From Candidatus Poribacteria bacterium (lineage in GTDB: Bacteria > Poribacteria > WGA-4E > WGA-3G): a stretch of 64,000 bases of DNA. The position numbers and the translations under genes were made by a program. Below, piece after piece: positions 8,123-17,461 of the stretch (the first letter of the stretch is position 1; each line of letters opens with the position of its first letter). The notes under the pieces were generated by a model, which saw only the letters and a program-made list of their open reading frames with translations, searched no databases and had not been told where the DNA came from. The DNA is taken from assembly GCA_021295715.1 (NCBI GenBank), contig JAGWBV010000005.1:2534-66533 (forward strand), read 5' to 3'.

Positions 8123-8971
8123 ATGGCTGATTACGCAAATTCTGATGTTTTGGTAACGACGGAATGGGTCGCTGCACACGGTGGTGATGCAGGCATCCGA
8201 CTCCTTGAAGTCGATGTGGATACCTCAGCATACGGTGAAGGACATATCGCTGGGGCAGTCGGACTCAATTGGGAAACGCAATTGTGCGACCAAGTTCGAC
8301 GTGATATCCTCACGAGAGAACAGTTCGAGGCACTCTGCAATGACAGCGGTATCGCCAACGATACTACTGTTATTTTTTATGGAGATAACAATAACTGGTT
8401 CGCAACGTATGCCTTGTGGCAATTCCGCTATTACGGACACGATGAAAGTCTATTGAAAGTGATGAACGGTGGTCGTCAAAAATGGGTCGATGAAGGCAGA
8501 GAGCTTGTCACTGACGTTCCAGATCATTCGAGCACAGGATATCAGGCGAAATTCCCCGACGACAATGTTCGTGCTACAGCGGGTACGGTTCGCGAAACAT
8601 TAGGGCAAGGCGTTGTTAACCTTGTCGATGTCCGTTCGCCTGCTGAGTTCACTGGTGAAGTTATCGCACCTCCCGGTATGAGCGAGACAGCGCAACGCGG
8701 TGGACATATCCCCGACGCAGCGAATATCCCGTGGGCAACAGCAGTCGCTGAAGACGGCACCTTTAAGTCTCACGACGAACTCCAAGCCATCTACGGTGGT
8801 GCGGGTGTTGATGAGAGTAAGGAAACAATCGCTTATTGCCGTATTGGTGAACGCTCATCGCATACTTGGTTTGTGCTGAAATATCTACTCGGTTATGAAA
8901 AGGTCCGTAATTACGATGGCAGTTGGACAGAATGGGGCAATCTGGTCGGAGCCCCTATTGCACGCGATTAA
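8123..8971 (+). CDS. Thiosulfate/3-mercaptopyruvate sulfurtransferase (tandem rhodanese domains)
   Basis: MADYANSDVLVTTEWV N-terminus, GHIAGA, active-site loop YCRIGERSSH, DGSWTEWG. Confidence 0.85.
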   Translation: MADYANSDVLVTTEWVAAHGGDAGIRLLEVDVDTSAYGEGHIAGAVGLNWETQLCDQVRRDILTREQFEALCNDSGIANDTTVIFYGDNNNWFATYALWQFRYYGHDESLLKVMNGGRQKWVDEGRELVTDVPDHSSTGYQAKFPDDNVRATAGTVRETLGQGVVNLVDVRSPAEFTGEVIAPPGMSETAQRGGHIPDAANIPWATAVAEDGTFKSHDELQAIYGGAGVDESKETIAYCRIGERSSHTWFVLKYLLGYEKVRNYDGSWTEWGNLVGAPIARD

Positions 8972-9002
8972 TCGAATAGTTGTTATCGGTTAAGAGATTT
9001 TC

Positions 9003-9128
9003 ATCTAACACAGTTTACCTCTTAAGATAGCGTCAAAATTCGCAGCTCGTAATGAAATGGAGAGCGGATTTAAGGGACGCATTTGAGAGTGCTAACGCTC
9101 GTGATTACTCCGCAAGGTAAAATTAAAA
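9003..9128 (+). repeat. Leader repeat copy 3 (short form), ending at GTG 9129
   Basis: CTAACAC..TTTACCTCTTA..ATAGCGTCAAAA..AGCTCGTAATGAAATGGAGAGCGGAT...TCCGCAAGGTAAAATTAAAA aligns with 59430-59555. Confidence 0.75.
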
Positions 9129-9422
9129 GTGCCTAAATTTGTTTCTGCCCATGCTATTGCCTGCATGACACGCCAAGACGTTTCACGATTGCTAAAGCGT
9201 TTCAGAGAAGCAGAAAACGCCGATGTGAGCAATATCCGAGTCTTGTGCGATACGCTGTCAGGACGCATGGTCTGTGAATGGGAAGCACGCGACAGTATCA
9301 CCTTAATCGAGTGGTTGAAAAAGTGCAATGTCCAGATACGCGGAACGGGCGAATGGCTCATGGCAGTCCAGTATGAGTCAATCGACGATGAACTCGTCGC
9401 ACCTCCGCGGCACACTGCTTAG
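9129..9422 (+). CDS. Small protein, DUF4242-like
   Basis: 97-aa ORF with GTG start directly after the leader repeat. The MPKF... start and overall pattern resemble DUF4242. This is a weak call made from memory. Confidence 0.35.
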   Translation: MPKFVSAHAIACMTRQDVSRLLKRFREAENADVSNIRVLCDTLSGRMVCEWEARDSITLIEWLKKCNVQIRGTGEWLMAVQYESIDDELVAPPRHTA

Positions 9423-9455
9423 GTCCTTGGTAGAGGACTTGACCGCACAAAACCG

Positions 9456-10283
9456 ATGTACTACTTAACCCGACAAACGGCGTTTGAAGCATCACATTAC
9501 AACCGTATCCCTGAACTGAGCGATGCAGAGAACTTTGAGTTGTTTGGTGCCGCCGCAAATCCAAATAGCCACGGGCATAACTATGTGCTTGAGGTCATGG
9601 TGAAAGGCAGTGTAGATGTAGATGATGGTATGGTCATCAATCTGGTGACTTTGGACGTGTTGTTGAAGAGCGAAGTGCTTGCCAATTACGATCACAAACA
9701 TCTAAACCGTCAACATCCGGTATTCGCAAAGAACTCGCAATTACAACCGACGTGTGAGAACATCTCTATAGAGATTTGGCAGCGGCTTGATCCTTCTTTG
9801 CCGGAGGGAATGTTGCACAGGGTGCGCCTCTACGAAAGTGCGGCAAATTTTGCAGACTATTATGGGGAAGGACCTATGGTTTATCTTACGAAAGTCTACG
9901 ATTTTAGTGCCGCCCACCGTTTGCACAGCCATGCACTGAGTGATGAAGATAACCGGGATATTTTCGGAAAGTGCAATAATCCGGCTGGGCATGGACATAA
10001 CTACGTACTCGAAGTTACCGTAAAGGGAGACGTAGATGCGAGGACCGGATTGGTTGCTGGTTTGAATCTTCTTGACGAAGTCGTTCAAAAACAGGTTTAT
10101 GCGCGTTTCGACTATAAACACCTGAATCTCGATACTACTGAGTTTAAGGTGCTCAATCCGACGTCGGAGAACTTCGTCAAAGTGCTTTGGGACGTGTTAG
10201 AACCGAATTTGCGCCCAGTGGTTCTACACCGCCTTCGCTTGCGAGAGACACCCAAAAACCATTTCGACTACTACGGCGAGTAA
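9456..10283 (+). CDS. Tandem-domain 6-pyruvoyl-tetrahydropterin synthase / QueD-family (COG0720) protein
   Basis: Two T-fold halves. Half 1 has FGAAANPNSHGHNYVLEV and half 2 has FGKCNNPAGHGHNYVLEV. Both have YDHKHLN / FDYKHLN. Confidence 0.85.
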   Translation: MYYLTRQTAFEASHYNRIPELSDAENFELFGAAANPNSHGHNYVLEVMVKGSVDVDDGMVINLVTLDVLLKSEVLANYDHKHLNRQHPVFAKNSQLQPTCENISIEIWQRLDPSLPEGMLHRVRLYESAANFADYYGEGPMVYLTKVYDFSAAHRLHSHALSDEDNRDIFGKCNNPAGHGHNYVLEVTVKGDVDARTGLVAGLNLLDEVVQKQVYARFDYKHLNLDTTEFKVLNPTSENFVKVLWDVLEPNLRPVVLHRLRLRETPKNHFDYYGE

Positions 10284-10343
10284 GCCACCTTCTGCCCAGT
10301 AGGCATATATAAACACAGCCCATTGGAGGCATATTTTAACATA

Positions 10344-10922
10344 ATGGAGTTTAATCAGGCTAACGTTACCCCTGAGTTGGAAGGACTTTACACAAAAATC
10401 CTTCAAAGCTTAGGTGAAGATCCGAGTCGTCAAGGCTTAGTGAAAACACCATACCGTGCCGCGAAAGCGATGGAATTTTTGACGAGCGGTTATCATCAAA
10501 GCGTTGATGATATTCTGAATGGAGCCATCTTTGATGAGGATTATGACGAAATGGTGATTGTGAAAGAGATTGAGTTTTACAGTCTCTGTGAGCACCATAT
10601 CCTACCGTTTTGGGGTAAATGTCACGTTGGGTATCTCCCGCGGAAACAGATTGTGGGTTTGAGTAAGATCCCGCGCATTGTAGATATGTTTTCCCGTCGG
10701 TTGCAAGTTCAGGAGCGTCTCACGCGTGAGATTGCCGAATCACTCGAAACCGCCCTCGACCCCCGCGGTGTCGCTGTCGTGATGGAGGGACAACACCTGT
10801 GCATGATGGCACGCGGCGTTGAAAAGCAAGCACCGAAAATGACAACAAATGTCATGCGGGGGACGTTCCGTGAGGATAGTTCAACGCGCGCGGAGTTTCT
10901 GAGGTGTATTCAAGTATCCTAA
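10344..10922 (+). CDS. folE: GTP cyclohydrolase I
   Basis: [55 protein letters not shown]. Start is ATG 10344 or TTG 10323. Confidence 0.9.
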   Translation: MEFNQANVTPELEGLYTKILQSLGEDPSRQGLVKTPYRAAKAMEFLTSGYHQSVDDILNGAIFDEDYDEMVIVKEIEFYSLCEHHILPFWGKCHVGYLPRKQIVGLSKIPRIVDMFSRRLQVQERLTREIAESLETALDPRGVAVVMEGQHLCMMARGVEKQAPKMTTNVMRGTFREDSSTRAEFLRCIQVS

Positions 10923-10961
10923 TATATTTCTCGGACTTTCTCATTTACTTCTCTTATTTTT

Positions 10962-11061
10962 TATCAAAACCGTAAGCCTGTAACGTAGTGGAGGGCGGCT
11001 TTTAGGAAAGGCGTGTGAAAATTTCAACCTACGTCAGGAACCCGCAAGGTATAATTAAAAA
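10962..11061 (+). repeat. Leader repeat copy 5 (degenerate), ending at ATG 11062
   Basis: ATCAAAACCGTAAGCCTGTAACGTAGTGGAGGGCGG...CCCGCAAGGTATAATTAAAAA aligns with the core of copies 3 and 4, with substitutions. Confidence 0.55.
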
Positions 11062-11802
11062 ATGGCAGAAATAGGAAGACTCGACGGTAAAGTCGTGGTG
11101 ATTACTGGAGCGTCAAAGGGGATTGGTAAGGCAACCGCTTTCGCTTTCGCAGCAGCAGGTGCGAAGGTTGTGCTCGCTGCCCGAACACGTGAAACACTCG
11201 AACAGGTCGCAGTGGAACTTAGAGAAGTAGCGGTTGCTAACCCCGATTCCATACTCGCTGTTCCAACAGACGTTACCAACGTCGATGCTGTGAAGCAACT
11301 TATCCACCGGACATTAGATGTTTACCAACACGTGGATATCCTAATCAACAATGCGGGGATCGGTCATTTCGGACCCGTGATCGATTTCGAGTCTGACGAC
11401 TGGGATGCGGTACTCAATTCCAACTTAAAGGCTGTTTATCTCTGCGCAAAGTACGCGCTTCCGTCCATGTTGGAACGAGGCAGTGGACAGATTGTTAATG
11501 TGCTTTCAATCGCCGCGAAAGTTGCGTTTGAAGCTTCAGGTGCGTATTGTGCCGCGAAAGCAGGGGCGTTAGCACTCACAAAAGTTTTAGCCAGTGAAGT
11601 CCGCGAACAAAATATTCGAGTTACCGCTGTTTTACCGGGATCAGTACATACTCCATTTTGGGACGGCGTTCCAGAACACCCAGACTTTGAACAGATGTTA
11701 ACACCGGAACATGTCGCTGATACAATTGCTTCCATTTGTCAGCAACCGCCGGGTATGGTGACTGAAGAGATCGTTGTAATGCCGCCCCTCGGAATTCTCT
11801 AA
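11062..11802 (+). CDS. Classical short-chain dehydrogenase/reductase; candidate pteridine/sepiapterin reductase by context only
   Basis: TGASKGIG, NNAG and catalytic YCAAK motifs. Confidence 0.8.
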   Translation: MAEIGRLDGKVVVITGASKGIGKATAFAFAAAGAKVVLAARTRETLEQVAVELREVAVANPDSILAVPTDVTNVDAVKQLIHRTLDVYQHVDILINNAGIGHFGPVIDFESDDWDAVLNSNLKAVYLCAKYALPSMLERGSGQIVNVLSIAAKVAFEASGAYCAAKAGALALTKVLASEVREQNIRVTAVLPGSVHTPFWDGVPEHPDFEQMLTPEHVADTIASICQQPPGMVTEEIVVMPPLGIL

Positions 11803-13160
11803 GCAGTAAAACGTCCGAGTCGTCGCCGAATGCGAATCTTGCGGATAGCACGTGCGTCAGCATCTATAACAGTGATAATAGAATCGCCCAAGTCAAGTTC
11901 AGTGTCAATTTCTGGAATGGTACCGGTCCGATCCAGAATATAACCAGCAACCGTTTCATAATCACCTTCGGGGATTGCGAGTCCGTAGTGTTCTTCGAGC
12001 AGGTCTACTTCAGTTCTCGCATCACATTCAAGAATCTGAGGTGTAATCAGGCGGATGAATTCGGGGGCATCACGTTCATCGGCAAATTCACCGACAATTT
12101 CTTCAACAAGGTCTTCGATGGTGACGAGGCCAACCGTGCCGCCATATTCATCAACAGCAAATACCATTGTGTGCCGGGTATGTTGAATCTCTTTGAGGAG
12201 CGCGTTAATGTTTTTAGATTCGGGGACGTGCAGTGCTGATCGGATGAAGGGTTGAATCGTGTTAGGCAGGCTATCGGATTTTTCGTTGGGATTTGGATCT
12301 CCCTCTGGTTCGGCATCATTGTAAATAACGTCTAAGAGGTTAACGATTCCAACGATATTGTAAATTTGTTCTTCGTAGACCGGAATCCTTGAAAACCCGG
12401 AGTCAGCAGCGACTTGCAAAAAATCTTCGCATTTTGTATTCTTCTCAATTGCAACGATGTCGACAAGCGGCACCATGACCTGTGCAACCGTCCGATTTTG
12501 TAGATTGAGCAGACTATGAATCATACGCCGTTGATTGGTGTGTAGGTTGCCGGACCGTTCCCCCATCGTTGCGAGAAGTCGGAGTTCTTCACGCTGGGCA
12601 TCGGGACTCGGTGTGCTCGAACCCCTATCTACGAGTTTGACGATAAATTGCGTCAAAGTTTGCACAAGGTAGATCAGCGGAGCTAAAACCATTTCAGAAA
12701 GGCGTAGGAGATAGGCATAGCGCAGTGCCAAGGTATCTGCCTTGACACGAAAGATAGTTTTCGGTAAAATTTCTCCAAAGATGAGGAGTAGGGTCGTTAT
12801 ACCAGCCGTTGCAATGAGTCCCTGCAGACTTACTGCCAAGTTCGGGAGTCCTCGGACAACAAGACCTTCACCGAGTTGTGCGATAAGCACATTTGCGAGA
12901 TTTGTCCCGACCAGTGTCAGCGCGAGCATTCTCTGGGGCGATTCTACCAAACGATGAACGATGCTCGCTCTGGCATTCTCGGATTCGACGAGCTGATTAA
13001 TTCGGAGTTTGTTCACCGAGACAAGTGCTGTTTCCGAACCAGAGTAAAAAGCTGACAACACAAGGCAGACCAGAACTGCCAGCACAAGTGAACTTAACAC
13101 AGTTATCTGTCCTGTGCTACTCGCACCGATTAAAAAGATCGATAATAGAAGAATTTTCAA
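11799..13160 (-). CDS. CNNM/CorC-HlyC family transporter (DUF21, CBS pair, CorC_HlyC)
   Basis: FYSGSETAL in TM1, GEILPK, CBS region, C-terminal GDYETVAGYILD. Confidence 0.85.
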   Translation of the reverse strand: MKILLLSIFLIGASSTGQITVLSSLVLAVLVCLVLSAFYSGSETALVSVNKLRINQLVESENARASIVHRLVESPQRMLALTLVGTNLANVLIAQLGEGLVVRGLPNLAVSLQGLIATAGITTLLLIFGEILPKTIFRVKADTLALRYAYLLRLSEMVLAPLIYLVQTLTQFIVKLVDRGSSTPSPDAQREELRLLATMGERSGNLHTNQRRMIHSLLNLQNRTVAQVMVPLVDIVAIEKNTKCEDFLQVAADSGFSRIPVYEEQIYNIVGIVNLLDVIYNDAEPEGDPNPNEKSDSLPNTIQPFIRSALHVPESKNINALLKEIQHTRHTMVFAVDEYGGTVGLVTIEDLVEEIVGEFADERDAPEFIRLITPQILECDARTEVDLLEEHYGLAIPEGDYETVAGYILDRTGTIPEIDTELDLGDSIITVIDADARAIRKIRIRRRLGRFTA

Positions 13161-13187
13161 TTGCTTTGTATCGGGTGGCCGGTATTT

Positions 13188-14531
13188 TTACACTTCAGTT
13201 TTGCTGTCAGTAACCGGCATTTTGATGAATAAACTTGTGATAGCATTGCCTTCTGTAGCAGTAATTTCAAATTCGATACCGTTTTCGTCAATGTAGGATT
13301 CGCCAACGGAGGGAATGCGACCAAAGAGTCCGAGGACATAGCCACCAATGGTGTCTACATCGTCTTCACTGAGTTTTAATTCAAATTGCTGATTGAGTTC
13401 GCGGATGCTCATACGCCCAGAAGTTTCAAGTAACAACGGGGCTTCAGAGTGTTTGACAAGATCAGGTGGAGAGTCGTCTCTATCGTGTTCATCAACAATG
13501 TCTCCGACGACTTGTTCGACAATATCTTCGGTGGTAACAATTCCTGAAACGCCTCCATATTCATCGCGGAGGATCGCCATTTTGGTTTTTTCGCGTGTGA
13601 GTTGTAGTAACAATGCCCCGATCTTACGGGTCTCAAGGACAAAGATGGGATCGCGAATGAGTGAAGCATTAGGCGAGGCTTCAGAAATCTGATCCCGCTT
13701 TTCGAGGAAAGCATCAAGTGTAAGTGAATTCACAGGGGCGTGTCGCCAGCGTGCTAAATCTTTGACGTAGAAGATGCCACAAATATTATCGATTTGTTCT
13801 TGATAGACAGGAATGCGTGAAAACCCGTATTGCTTTGCTTGCTTTAATGTTTCTTGAATAGTGTTTGATGTCGGCACTGCCACGACTTCAGTCCGTGGCA
13901 CCATAATCTCTTTTGCCTCGATGTCACGTAATTGGAGAATATTGCTCACAATTTTCCGTTCATCGGGCGGGAGTGCTTCTTCGTGATAGGTATCGACAAT
14001 GTCTCTAAAATCTGTTGCTGTGAGGTGTTCTATAGGGGATGGGTGTCCACCGAATACTGGAACAAGAAAGTCGATGATTCTGCGTAACAAACCGCGTAAC
14101 GGCGAAATGATAATGGAAAATATCCATAGCGGTGGGGCGGCGACTTTTGAAAAGAATTCCGCATGCTTAATGGCGTAAGATTTTGGAGTCATCTCACCGA
14201 AAATAAGCATGAGGACGACGCTGAGGACTGTAGCTGTCGCAAACTGGATCACTTCTGTATATTGCGGAAGCACCTGTTTAACAAGCCAGAGCATCAGAAT
14301 CGCGAAGGAGACATTGACAAGATTATTACCAAATAGGACGGTGATAAACAGTCTGCGTGGGTTGTCGACAAAACTGACAATTGCAGACGCGCTGCCCTTT
14401 TCAAGGCGGAGCCTTTCAATTTGAACGCGAGTCAGTGCGCATAGAGCCGTCTCGGAGCCAGAAAAAAAGCCTGAGAGGACGAGTAACCCTGCTAAACCGA
14501 TCAGATAGGGGAGTAGTGGAACAACTTCCAT
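13188..14531 (-). CDS. CNNM/CorC-HlyC family transporter (paralog)
   Basis: FFSGSETAL, GEMTPK, CBS pair, DVDTIGGYVLG. Lies in tandem with 11799-13160. Confidence 0.85.
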   Translation of the reverse strand: MEVVPLLPYLIGLAGLLVLSGFFSGSETALCALTRVQIERLRLEKGSASAIVSFVDNPRRLFITVLFGNNLVNVSFAILMLWLVKQVLPQYTEVIQFATATVLSVVLMLIFGEMTPKSYAIKHAEFFSKVAAPPLWIFSIIISPLRGLLRRIIDFLVPVFGGHPSPIEHLTATDFRDIVDTYHEEALPPDERKIVSNILQLRDIEAKEIMVPRTEVVAVPTSNTIQETLKQAKQYGFSRIPVYQEQIDNICGIFYVKDLARWRHAPVNSLTLDAFLEKRDQISEASPNASLIRDPIFVLETRKIGALLLQLTREKTKMAILRDEYGGVSGIVTTEDIVEQVVGDIVDEHDRDDSPPDLVKHSEAPLLLETSGRMSIRELNQQFELKLSEDDVDTIGGYVLGLFGRIPSVGESYIDENGIEFEITATEGNAITSLFIKMPVTDSKTEV

Positions 14532-14639
14532 TCTTTTTTAGAAAACAATTTTTCGACGAAATTGCATGTCGAGAATTGCTATTAAGTGCACTGAATCAGC
14601 GATAATTTGTAATCTGGGCATTTGTTTAATGATAACATA

Positions 14640-14669
14640 TTGACAAAAAAATCGCAACAAAAATATTAT
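14640..14669 (+). promoter_or_regulatory. Sigma-70-like promoter, TTGACA-18-TATTAT
   Basis: TTGACA at 14640-14645 and TATTAT at 14664-14669, upstream of eda. Confidence 0.4.
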
Positions 14670-14749
14670 TTTTTGTAGATAGTATTTGCAAGGCAATATT
14701 AAGAAATACCTTTAACCTCAAACGAATAGGACTAATTTTGAGGACATCT

Positions 14750-15409
14750 ATGACAAAATTAGAACAGATGCAACAGATTGAAGCGTGTGGTATTGTGGCT
14801 ATCATTCGCGCCAATAGCGCAGATGAATTGATTGAAGCAGCGGCGGCGATTCATGCCGGTGGTGTGAACGTAATTGAAGTGACGATGACAACACCGAACG
14901 CGTTACAAGTAATTAACGACGTTTCATCCACGTATGGAGATACCGTTCTCGTTGGTGCTGGATCGGTATTAGACGCAGAAACAGCACGCGCTGTAATGTT
15001 ATCAGGTGCTGACTTTGTTGTCAGTCCTGTTACGAAACTGGATGTAATTGAGATTTGTAACCGCTACGGTAAAGTGGTGATTCCCGGGGCATTTACCCCA
15101 ACCGAAATCTTGATGGCATGGGAAACAGGAGCAGACTATGTGAAGGTATTCCCATCAAGCGGTGTTGGTGCTGATTACATAAAAGACGTGAAGGCTCCGC
15201 TGCCGCAAATCCCGTTGGTTCCGACAGGTGGCATCAATGCGGAAAACGCGGCTGATTTTATCACGGCTGGTGCAACCGCTTTGGGAGTTGGAAGTGCGCT
15301 CGTTAACAACCAACTCATTGCGGCAGGTGAATTCGCAATCCTTACGGAGAGAGCTAAGAAGCTGGTGAAGGAGGTACGACGCGCCCGTTCAGGTTCTAAT
15401 GCAGTTTAG
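14750..15409 (+). CDS. eda: KDPG / 4-hydroxy-2-oxoglutarate aldolase
   Basis: GIVAIIR, VIEVTMTTP, VKVFP, PTGGI. Confidence 0.85.
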   Translation: MTKLEQMQQIEACGIVAIIRANSADELIEAAAAIHAGGVNVIEVTMTTPNALQVINDVSSTYGDTVLVGAGSVLDAETARAVMLSGADFVVSPVTKLDVIEICNRYGKVVIPGAFTPTEILMAWETGADYVKVFPSSGVGADYIKDVKAPLPQIPLVPTGGINAENAADFITAGATALGVGSALVNNQLIAAGEFAILTERAKKLVKEVRRARSGSNAV

Positions 15410-15515
15410 ATTTGTTCAAAATGTATTTTTATGTTGACAATTAATCTTAATTCTGTTAATTTTAATATAAGATTTTAATGCAGAACCTATGCTCTGTCCC
15501 CTTTGAGTGCCAATT

Positions 15516-17450
15516 ATGCAAATTGATCAACTCATCTTAGGTAAATATAGATTGCTTGAGTTTCTCAATTCAGGGGGATTCTCTTCGGTTTTTCGCGCCC
15601 GCGAAGAAATGACAAATCGAGAGGTTGCAATTAAAGCCTTAGCAAAAACTGCCTACCCTGCCAGCAGAATGAAATTTTTGCTGACTGAATTTCAAGCGAT
15701 GTCGAAAATTTGGGGGCATCCAAATATTGTCTCAATTCATACCGTTGAACCCGGCGAAGATGACTATGTCGCGTGGATAGTGATGGAGTATGTTGAAGGT
15801 AAAAGCCTTCACGATCTCATGCAAGAGGGTGCCCTCAGTCTAACAGATACTCTCAATATCGGCTTAGATATTTGTCGAGGGCTAAAAGCAGCGCATGCAC
15901 ACAAAATTATGCATCGCGATATCAAACCGCAGAATATTTTACTCACAACCGGGAAAGAGGCAAAAGTCGCCGACTTTAGTATCGCTCGCATATTTGGCGA
16001 AACCACCGAATTCGCTGAGACCATGGCTGGCACCCGACGCTACATGGCACCCGAACAACACTACGGAGCTTACGACTATCGCGCGGATCTTTATTCCACA
16101 GCACTCATCTTGTATCAAGCCGTAACCGGACGATTCCCTTTTTCAGGTGAGAACAAGGAGATTGATAAGAAGAAAGCCGCCGGAGAAATAGAAGAAATCC
16201 ATAGATGTCCCGAAGTACTCCGCAATTTCTTACAAAAAGCACTTCACCGACAACTCTCAGAACGCCATCAGAGTGCCGATGAGATGTACGAAGAACTGGA
16301 TCGGATTCGCCAAGATGAGTATGTTAAACAAGCATCCCAACTTATTGATGCGAGCGTTAATTCCAATAATCCGAGATTAGCGGAAGCACTTGAGCGATAC
16401 CGTAAGACGTTTCGCCTCTCGCTCGCAGATGCTGAACGGATGAATCAAAACCTCTTTTTTCAGCGACGGCAGAATGAGGAAAATGGTAAACGCGAGAAGA
16501 TCGCAACCCAAGTTCAAAGACACTATACGCTCGCCACACGTTACATCGAAAGCCAAGACTTTCGAAGCGTCCTTTCAGAACTCCACAAAGCAAGTCGTCT
16601 CTGCATTGACGAACAGGATTTAACCGAAACTATAGACGATGTGTTTGACGAGCTCAGTGCCGCGAACATGGTCTTCCCATCAAGCCCGACTGTTGAGGAA
16701 ATTGTTGTACTCATTCAGAAATTACCAGAGAATGAAAATGCTGTCCTTCGTACATGGTTTGAGCATCAAATACCGGCACCGGAAGAAACAACAGATATAA
16801 CGCCCATACGCCCTCGTGTTAGAGCAACCGGCAGTTATCGACTCGTGATGGAGGAAGCTTCACCGGAATTCCTACTCGATCAGGTTCACAGCGATATCCA
16901 ATACCCACACGAGATAGAAGCATTTCGTATCTTCCGGCAGATCCAAATCTATGAACAACAGGGGCGAACCCGGCAGTGCCACGTGCTTTATAGGAAACTC
17001 GGTAGATTCTATCAAAAACAGGCGAACAACTTTGTCAAGAAAGACGATTTAGAACTCGTTGCCAACTGTTATACGCGCGCTCGTTTTGCTTACACGGTCG
17101 CAGAGAAGCAGCGTCTCGCCAGAAAAAATGCCAAAAAAGGTGGGATTTATTACACGCGCTTGGCACGTCAATTTGAACTACAGCGTTCATGGGAAGAAGC
17201 AGGGAAATCTTATATTCTTGCTGCTTACAATCATGGCTACGCGAATTTGCCGTCACTCGTTGAAGAATGCCATCGTATGGCAACCGTCTGTTATTTTAAC
17301 GCTGCTGAAAGTGCGCATCTCAATGATGATTTACAAACCGCTTATGACTATTACACGTTAATCTTAGCAGTCGGTGAAAAAATGTCTACACCGACAAAAA
17401 TGGTAAGCGAAGCACAGAAATTGATGTCGGAAATCCCGGTCGAAAGTTAA
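15516..17450 (+). CDS. Hanks-type Ser/Thr protein kinase with a long C-terminal helical (TPR-like) region
   Basis: GGFSSVF, VAIKAL, HRDIKPQNILL, ADFSIAR, MAPEQ. About 380 aa of helical C-terminus. Confidence 0.85.
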   Translation: MQIDQLILGKYRLLEFLNSGGFSSVFRAREEMTNREVAIKALAKTAYPASRMKFLLTEFQAMSKIWGHPNIVSIHTVEPGEDDYVAWIVMEYVEGKSLHDLMQEGALSLTDTLNIGLDICRGLKAAHAHKIMHRDIKPQNILLTTGKEAKVADFSIARIFGETTEFAETMAGTRRYMAPEQHYGAYDYRADLYSTALILYQAVTGRFPFSGENKEIDKKKAAGEIEEIHRCPEVLRNFLQKALHRQLSERHQSADEMYEELDRIRQDEYVKQASQLIDASVNSNNPRLAEALERYRKTFRLSLADAERMNQNLFFQRRQNEENGKREKIATQVQRHYTLATRYIESQDFRSVLSELHKASRLCIDEQDLTETIDDVFDELSAANMVFPSSPTVEEIVVLIQKLPENENAVLRTWFEHQIPAPEETTDITPIRPRVRATGSYRLVMEEASPEFLLDQVHSDIQYPHEIEAFRIFRQIQIYEQQGRTRQCHVLYRKLGRFYQKQANNFVKKDDLELVANCYTRARFAYTVAEKQRLARKNAKKGGIYYTRLARQFELQRSWEEAGKSYILAAYNHGYANLPSLVEECHRMATVCYFNAAESAHLNDDLQTAYDYYTLILAVGEKMSTPTKMVSEAQKLMSEIPVES

Positions 17451-17461
17451 AGGAACTACAG

